Both the position numbers and the translations under genes were made by a program. This document shows, piece by piece, positions 58,231 through 64,000 of a DNA stretch of 64,000 nucleotides. The stretch is from Terriglobia bacterium (GTDB taxonomy: Bacteria > Acidobacteriota > Terriglobia > 20CM-2-55-15): NCBI GenBank assembly GCA_965218585.1, contig CBDCLE010000001.1, positions 128,001 through 192,000 of the forward strand. Direction: 5' to 3'. The notes under the pieces were generated by a model. The model was given only the letters and a program-made list of their open reading frames with translations. It had not been told where the DNA came from and did no database searches. How positions within the stretch are numbered: the first letter of the stretch is position 1; each line of letters starts with the position of its first letter.

Positions 58231-59889
58231 CTAACGGCACTCGAAGTTGCCTTCCACCCAGTTTGCAGGATCGTCCTGTCCTCCGCCGGGCCCGACGTAG
58301 GCGGCCATTTCGGGATAGGCACAGATCTTTCGCTGGTTGTCGACCACACCGCCAGTGAGATGTTCTCCGACGATGAAGTCCGGCGCGTTCTGGTTTTCAA
58401 CCCAATCCACGAGTGGAGCCAGGCGGTCAAAAGAGTCCAGCCCCGGACCGCCGCCACAATGACCCATACCCGGCACCATGAACATGCGGGCCTTGTCGCG
58501 GGCTGCGTCGAGATCGCCGTCAAACGTCGTCGTAACCATTGACCGATAGTAGTCCAGCGTGGGTTGCAGCTGGACCTCGGAATCGCCCCATCCGTGCAGC
58601 ATCAGAAGCTTTCCGTCTTCGCGGTTGAGAAACCGCGTGAGGTCGGCATCTTTTGCGTCGGTGATCGACATCATGAAGTCGGCCCTGCCTGCGGTAAGAT
58701 CATCGATGTCGAACTCCCACCAGGCGAACTCGGGAGGCGTGGCGCTTTTGTCGGGGATTTGCGTGATGTCGTTCCGGATGGGCATTGGTACACCTGGAGA
58801 TTCTTCGTAGAAGAGGTAGTTGACATGATCCAGGCCATAGATCAGCCGGAATGGCGTCATGTTGTTGCCTTCGTTCGCGTACACGTTCCGTGCCCAGCCA
58901 TACTCGGAACCGAATTCGAGCCCCTTCATTAACTGAACGCCGCTGCTGTCCTGTGGGCCGCGGTAAAAATCCTGGATCAGCTTGAGCTGCGGTCCGGTAA
59001 AGCAATCGTCTGCATCGACTCCGGCCGGACACATCCATTCGGACAGGTCGCGTTCCGGGTCGAAATTGCAGCTCAGCGGGTCTGAGAGGAGGCCGTCGGT
59101 GATGCCGTCGAGAGCGTCGCACTGATCGATGACCGCGTCTCTCAGGATGTCGATCTTGGTCACGCTTTCGGGTACGCCGTTACCGTCTCGGTCAAAAGCC
59201 AGATTCGCTGCGAAGTCGTCCCGGAACACCTGCTGCGCCATCCATACGTGGCTTGCGTTCAGTGTCTGGTAGTCGTAGACGGGTGCCTCGGCGACGATCC
59301 CGTCAAAATCGGCCGGGTAACGCTGGGCCTCCATGAGTCCCTCGCGTCCTCCTGTAGAGCAACCTTCGAAATAGGAATATTCAGGCGCCCGGTTGTAATA
59401 GCTCCGGACGGCAGCCTTCGATGCGTTGGCGGTGAGGTGAATAGCCCTGTAGCCGAAATCGATGACAGAGGCGAGACCGTCGCTTCCGAACGAGGCGCCC
59501 GGATATGTGCCGGCGTCGTGGCCCATGTTGGAGTTTGCTACAGCGTAGCCCTCGGCCAATCGATGATCAGCCAGGTCTAGATCTCCATCCTTGCCGCCGT
59601 CTCCGACATTGAGAAGCCGTCCGTTCCAGTCAGCGGCCAGGGGCAGCTGCATGTGGTAGCGAATCCGGCCGGATATGGTTCCCTGAATGTAGCAATATGC
59701 CGGAGTTGATCCGGAGGCTGGCATGATCACAGCCTGCGTAATCGATAGAGTGGGCGTCCGAAGCATGGCTTCACATGCTGTGGCGTCATTGGAAGTCGCG
59801 GAAGTGGCCTGCCGGGCCTCCACTGGAGTTACCATGATCGTCAGCGCAGTCAGCGTCGCTACCGACAGGATCGCCAAGTGCTTCAACAT
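58231..59889 (-). CDS. Secreted tannase/feruloyl esterase family hydrolase (MHETase family)
   Basis: WNGR, YFEGCSTGGR, HGWGD, VPGMGHCGGG (CS-D-HC motif); ATG 59889 with AGGAGG RBS. Confidence 0.9.
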   Translation of the reverse strand: MLKHLAILSVATLTALTIMVTPVEARQATSATSNDATACEAMLRTPTLSITQAVIMPASGSTPAYCYIQGTISGRIRYHMQLPLAADWNGRLLNVGDGGKDGDLDLADHRLAEGYAVANSNMGHDAGTYPGASFGSDGLASVIDFGYRAIHLTANASKAAVRSYYNRAPEYSYFEGCSTGGREGLMEAQRYPADFDGIVAEAPVYDYQTLNASHVWMAQQVFRDDFAANLAFDRDGNGVPESVTKIDILRDAVIDQCDALDGITDGLLSDPLSCNFDPERDLSEWMCPAGVDADDCFTGPQLKLIQDFYRGPQDSSGVQLMKGLEFGSEYGWARNVYANEGNNMTPFRLIYGLDHVNYLFYEESPGVPMPIRNDITQIPDKSATPPEFAWWEFDIDDLTAGRADFMMSITDAKDADLTRFLNREDGKLLMLHGWGDSEVQLQPTLDYYRSMVTTTFDGDLDAARDKARMFMVPGMGHCGGGPGLDSFDRLAPLVDWVENQNAPDFIVGEHLTGGVVDNQRKICAYPEMAAYVGPGGGQDDPANWVEGNFECR

Positions 59890-60066
59890 TTCAAATATCC
59901 TCCTGTTGCTCGTCTGCTCTTCGCTTACCGTTTCAGCCTGTTGATACGGAAAGATATAACCTTTTCCTGCCCGAGTCCAGAGACGGAAGTTGAACTGGGT
60001 GTGTAATATACTGCGGGAGTTGGGACCGAGCTTACAAGACAGCAATCGAGCCGATGGGAGACTGAT

Positions 60067-61044
60067 ATGGACGGAAAGATAGGACTGGAAGAGCACTTTG
60101 CAGTCGAAGAGACCTTGAACGACTCCAAGCAGTTCATGCCCGCAGATTTTTGGAACGAATTGCGGGGACGTCTTCTGGACCTTCATGAGAAACGTATCGG
60201 GTTGATGGATAAGCACGGTATCCAGATGCTGATCCTGTCGCTGAATGCTCCCACGATCCAGGCCATCCCAAACGTGGCGCGAGCGATCGAAGTCTCACGG
60301 ATCGCTAACGATTTCTTGGCTGAACAGGTTGCGAAAAGACCGGATCGATTTCAGGGGTTTGCTGCCCTTCCGATGCAGGACCCGGATGCCGCAATCGAAG
60401 AACTGAACCGCTGTATTAAGGAACTTGGTTTCAAGGGTGCTCTGGTGAACGGCTTTTCCCAAGTTAACGAAGAGGATTCGGCCCTCTACCTGGACCTGGA
60501 GCGCTACTGGCCTTTCTGGGAAGCCGTGGAGAGTCTGGATGTCCCTTTCTATCTGCATCCCCGGGACCCGATCCCCAGCCGCCAACAGGTGTATGAAGGC
60601 CACCCCTGGTTTCTGGGGCCTTCCTGGTCCTTTGGTGCCGAAACGGCGATCCACGCATTGCGTCTTATGGCCAGTGGGATATTCGACAAGCATCCGCGCC
60701 TGAACATCATTCTGGGACATCTGGGGGAGGGTCTGCCCTACAGCATCTGGCGTGTGGACCATAGGATTAAGAAGTCTCCCCAGGGCATTCCGGCAAAGAA
60801 GCCTCTTGGCGATTATTTCCGGACCAATTTTCATATCACGACGGCCGGCAATTTCAGGACGCAAACGCTGATCGACGCCCTGCTCGAAGTCGGCTCCGAC
60901 CACCTGCTGTTTTCGACCGACTACCCCTTTGAAGAAATAGGCGATGCTGCCGATTGGTTCGACGTGGCCAGCATCAGTGAATCCGACAGGGTCAAGATCG
61001 GGCGTACGAACGCGATCAAACTGTTCGGGCTCAGGGACGTCTGA
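60067..61044 (+). CDS. Gamma-resorcylate/2,3-dihydroxybenzoate decarboxylase (amidohydrolase_2)
   Basis: GKIGLEEHFA..ETL.DS, LSLNAP.IQ, FAALP.QDP, LVNGFSQ, YLHP, GHLGEGLP, FSTDYPFE. Confidence 0.88.
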   Translation: MDGKIGLEEHFAVEETLNDSKQFMPADFWNELRGRLLDLHEKRIGLMDKHGIQMLILSLNAPTIQAIPNVARAIEVSRIANDFLAEQVAKRPDRFQGFAALPMQDPDAAIEELNRCIKELGFKGALVNGFSQVNEEDSALYLDLERYWPFWEAVESLDVPFYLHPRDPIPSRQQVYEGHPWFLGPSWSFGAETAIHALRLMASGIFDKHPRLNIILGHLGEGLPYSIWRVDHRIKKSPQGIPAKKPLGDYFRTNFHITTAGNFRTQTLIDALLEVGSDHLLFSTDYPFEEIGDAADWFDVASISESDRVKIGRTNAIKLFGLRDV

Positions 61045-61124
61045 GGAAGATCGAGTGTTCAGGTGCGGAGAGGACACGAAGTGCTTGAGCGTCAGACCCG
61101 AATCTGTATATTGTTAGTCGAATT

Positions 61125-61307
61125 ATGGCGACTATTGCGTTTACAACCCTCGGGCTTCTGATAGCGATCCTTCTGTTCTCAGTACATAAGTTGTGGCGTG
61201 TCTATCGCCGGGGTCGGATGAGGGAAAAGGAAGTCGTTACCAGGCTTATGGAAGCCACGTGGCGCCGTCCACAGACGAGCGACGAAGAAAAGATGCCGGA
61301 ACCCTGA
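61125..61307 (+). CDS. Small single-TM hypothetical protein
   Basis: Hydrophobic N-terminal helix followed by basic residues; 60 aa. Confidence 0.4.
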   Translation: MATIAFTTLGLLIAILLFSVHKLWRVYRRGRMREKEVVTRLMEATWRRPQTSDEEKMPEP

Positions 61308-61313
61308 TTCTGG

Positions 61314-61769
61314 CTAAGCCGGAGTACTGACGGCTCGTTTTGTGATGAATAGGATGATTGACGCCGGCAGCCAGAGGACGAGGCCAAAGATAGGCCCACC
61401 GATCAGGTGGAAGGCCGCGTGTCCGATTTCAGCCCCGGCCGAGCCTACTTCGGGCATGACGAATACGTTGCTTGATCCCGTCACAAGCGCAATAGCGATT
61501 CCCAGAGTAATGACGCCCCCGATCAGGACCTGGTGAAGCGAGAGCAGGACCAGAACCTGCTTGTAGCCGCCGAACCCTTTCGTATAAACCATGATCGGAA
61601 ACAAGACCAGGCCCACCAATGCCATGACGTTCATGCTGAAAAATCGGGCGAGCGCGTCAGCGCCCGCAACAGACAGCACCAGGCGTATCAGGCCTACCGC
61701 GAGCGTTACTCCAAACAGAACCTTCTGAAATTGAATGTACTCGGCAAAGCTCTTGCTGAAGATCGTCAT
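61314..61769 (-). CDS. Hypothetical 4-TM membrane protein
   Basis: Four hydrophobic helices; G-rich RBS. Confidence 0.7.
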   Translation of the reverse strand: MTIFSKSFAEYIQFQKVLFGVTLAVGLIRLVLSVAGADALARFFSMNVMALVGLVLFPIMVYTKGFGGYKQVLVLLSLHQVLIGGVITLGIAIALVTGSSNVFVMPEVGSAGAEIGHAAFHLIGGPIFGLVLWLPASIILFITKRAVSTPA

Positions 61770-61852
61770 TGTATGCCCCCTGCAGAAAGGTGCTCCTATA
61801 TTAGCCTGACCGTTTGACCCCTCGAGGAAAAAACTTATAAGCTGTTTGGCGG

Positions 61853-61942
61853 GAAATTCCAGGGACTGATCCCTATTTCCGTAGACAGCGATAACCTCGC
61901 GGTGAGGTGAATTTATGGAAATAGGGCTCTGTCCTGAATTTC
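61853..61942. repeat. REPIN/MITE-like inverted repeat, degenerate, same family as 20697
   Basis: ...GGGACTGATCCCTATTTCC ... GGAAATAGGGCTCTGTCC... Confidence 0.7.
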
Positions 61943-61954
61943 ACGGAAAAAATT

Positions 61955-63886
61955 TTGATTTCTAGAAAACAACTCTTTGGCAACCCCGAGAAAGCCCATG
62001 CCAGAATCAGCCCGGATGGGCGTCACCTGGCGTACCTGGCTCCGGTAAACGGTGTGCTCAACATATGGGTCGGACCTGTCGAGGCCCCTGCCGACCGAAA
62101 GCCTGTGACCCGAGACACGCATCGCGGCATCCGGTCGTTTTTCTGGGCACACACCAACCAGCACATCCTGTACTCACAGGATACGGACGGCGATGAAGAC
62201 TGGCACATCTACCGGGTCGATGTGGATTCGGAAGAAATAGTGGATCTGACTCCCTTCGAGAAGATCGCGGCCCGCATCCAGGGTGTGAGTTCCAGATCTC
62301 CCGAAGAAATCCTCGTGGGTATCAACGACCGGGATGCCCGTCTTCACGATGTGTATAAGGTGCATGTCGCTACGGGAGAAAGGACCCTTGTTCAGGAAAA
62401 CCCGGGCTTTGCAGGTTTCATGTGCGACGACGACTATCGCGTTCGTTTCGCATTGACGTTTACACCTGATGCCGGACATCAGTATCTGAAGCCGGACACG
62501 AAAGACGGATGGAAGGAGTTTGCCAGGATCGATCCCGTAGATGCTATGACGACCCATCCGATGGGTTTTGACAAATCCGGAGACCGTTACTATCTGCTCG
62601 ACAGTCGGGATCGCGACAAGAGTGCGCTAAAGGCAGTGGATCTGGCCTCGGGGCAGGAAGAACTCCTGGCCGAGGGCGAACGGGCCGACATCGACGGCGC
62701 CATAGTTCATCCCACCGAAAAGAACGTGCAGGCTGTCACGTTTACCCATGCAAGACAGGAATGGAAGGTTCTGGATCCGGCGATTCAATCGGACCTTGAT
62801 TATCTGGAAGGAGTTGCCGATGGGGAACTCACGATCACGAGCCGTACATTAGACGATCGCAAGTGGACGGTTGCGTATGCGATGGATACCGGTCCGCTTC
62901 GTTTTTATCTGTACGACCGTGACCTGGGCGAGGCGCGTTTTCTGTTCACAAGTCAGCCTGAACTGGAGAACCTGCCGCTGGTCAGGATGCATCCGGAAAT
63001 CATTTCCGCGCGGGATGGGCTGGAGTTGGTCAGTTACTTGTCTCTGCCTGCTTCGAGCGACCCGGATGGTCGGGGCCGTCCGGATAGGCCACTGCCGATG
63101 GTCCTTCTCGTCCATGGAGGGCCCTGGGCCCGCGACGACTGGGGCTACAACTCGCAGCACCAGTGGTTGGCCAACCGGGGCTACGCGGTGCTGAGTGTGA
63201 ACTACAGGGGATCGACCGGTTTCGGGAAGAGTTTTATCAATGGCGCGAATCGGGAATGGGCCGCGGCCATGCACGACGACCTGATCGATGCTGTCAACTG
63301 GGCCCAGGCCGAAGGGATAGCTCTCAAGGACAAAGTCGCGATCATGGGAGGCAGCTATGGCGGATACGCGACTCTGGTGGGATTAACTTTCACACCGGAA
63401 GTGTTTGCCTGCGGTGTCGACATCGTGGGGCCGTCTAACCTGATCACTTTGATGGAGAATCCGCCCCCGTATTGGGTTCCGCTGATGTCGATCATGAAGG
63501 TGCGGACGGGTGACTACACCACGCCCGAGGGTCGCGAGTTCCTGAAGTCCCGGTCGCCGCTGTTTTTCGTGGATCGAATCTCGAGACCTCTCCTGATTGC
63601 TCAGGGGAAGCAGGACCCGCGTGTCAAACAGGTAGAATCCGACCAGATTGTAGCGGCGATGGAAGAGAAGGGGATTGCCGTCAGTTACATGCTCTTTACG
63701 GAGGAAGGTCACGGGTTTGCCAAACCTGAAAACCGCCAGGCATTCTACGCCGTGGCGGAGGCCTTTCTTGCCGAACATCTGGGTGGTTCCTACGAGCCCA
63801 TTGGCGACGCTTTCGACGGAGCCGCGTTTACCGTACCCGCAGGTTCGGGAGAAGTTCCCGGCGTGTCGGATGCTTTGGCCACCTGA
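61955..63886 (+). CDS. S9 family (prolyl oligo/acylaminoacyl) peptidase
   Basis: LFGNP, ISPDG, VHGGPW, NYRGSTGFG, GGSYGG, DPRV, EGHGF. Confidence 0.93.
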   Translation: MISRKQLFGNPEKAHARISPDGRHLAYLAPVNGVLNIWVGPVEAPADRKPVTRDTHRGIRSFFWAHTNQHILYSQDTDGDEDWHIYRVDVDSEEIVDLTPFEKIAARIQGVSSRSPEEILVGINDRDARLHDVYKVHVATGERTLVQENPGFAGFMCDDDYRVRFALTFTPDAGHQYLKPDTKDGWKEFARIDPVDAMTTHPMGFDKSGDRYYLLDSRDRDKSALKAVDLASGQEELLAEGERADIDGAIVHPTEKNVQAVTFTHARQEWKVLDPAIQSDLDYLEGVADGELTITSRTLDDRKWTVAYAMDTGPLRFYLYDRDLGEARFLFTSQPELENLPLVRMHPEIISARDGLELVSYLSLPASSDPDGRGRPDRPLPMVLLVHGGPWARDDWGYNSQHQWLANRGYAVLSVNYRGSTGFGKSFINGANREWAAAMHDDLIDAVNWAQAEGIALKDKVAIMGGSYGGYATLVGLTFTPEVFACGVDIVGPSNLITLMENPPPYWVPLMSIMKVRTGDYTTPEGREFLKSRSPLFFVDRISRPLLIAQGKQDPRVKQVESDQIVAAMEEKGIAVSYMLFTEEGHGFAKPENRQAFYAVAEAFLAEHLGGSYEPIGDAFDGAAFTVPAGSGEVPGVSDALAT

Positions 63887-64000
63887 GTTAACGGCTTCTT
63901 TACAGTTTTTTCTCAACCCGAATCCTCCTCGGACAGTCTCATACATATACGAAGAGACAAGTAGTAAGCGACAAGCGAGGAGGAGTCATGGTTTGGAGAG

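Noticed and set aside
63988-64000. Start of a further gene (GAGGAGGAG RBS + ATG)
   Set aside because: Only four codons are in the window, so no product can be called.

Overview
GC-rich bacterial chromosomal window. Gene content (DUF1592/DUF1552/ankyrin trio, DUF6152 paralogs, Oar-like TonB-dependent receptors, kinase-PD40 'NWFEELKERVPVP' tail) points to Acidobacteriota; this is inference, not a database result. It opens with addB(3' end)-addA and a fused IS1595/IS1380 scar. Next is a large periplasmic redox region: PSCyt/DUF1592 cytochrome, DUF1552, ankyrins, two PQQ dehydrogenases and endostatin/C-lectin-fold proteins, two of which carry a CxxCH heme motif. Then come a catabolic cluster (MetE-like, enolase, 2-oxoacid dehydrogenase E1/E2, acylating ALDH, M24), three tandem TonB-dependent receptor genes, and aromatic-catabolism genes (gentisate dioxygenase, FAH, tannase, gamma-resorcylate-type decarboxylase). 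Most notable unexplained signals: (1) four co-oriented 40-bp imperfect-palindromic sites at 11.9-14.4 kb, each separating a single gene like a non-attC cassette array; (2) CsoR/RcnR-type operators in front of all three receptor genes, two of them inside sigma70 promoters; (3) heme c-lectin-fold fusion proteins; (4) a DUF6152/DUF6644 module with predicted N-terminal His-His. No rRNA, tRNA or CRISPR array was seen. All family assignments are from motif recognition by eye.
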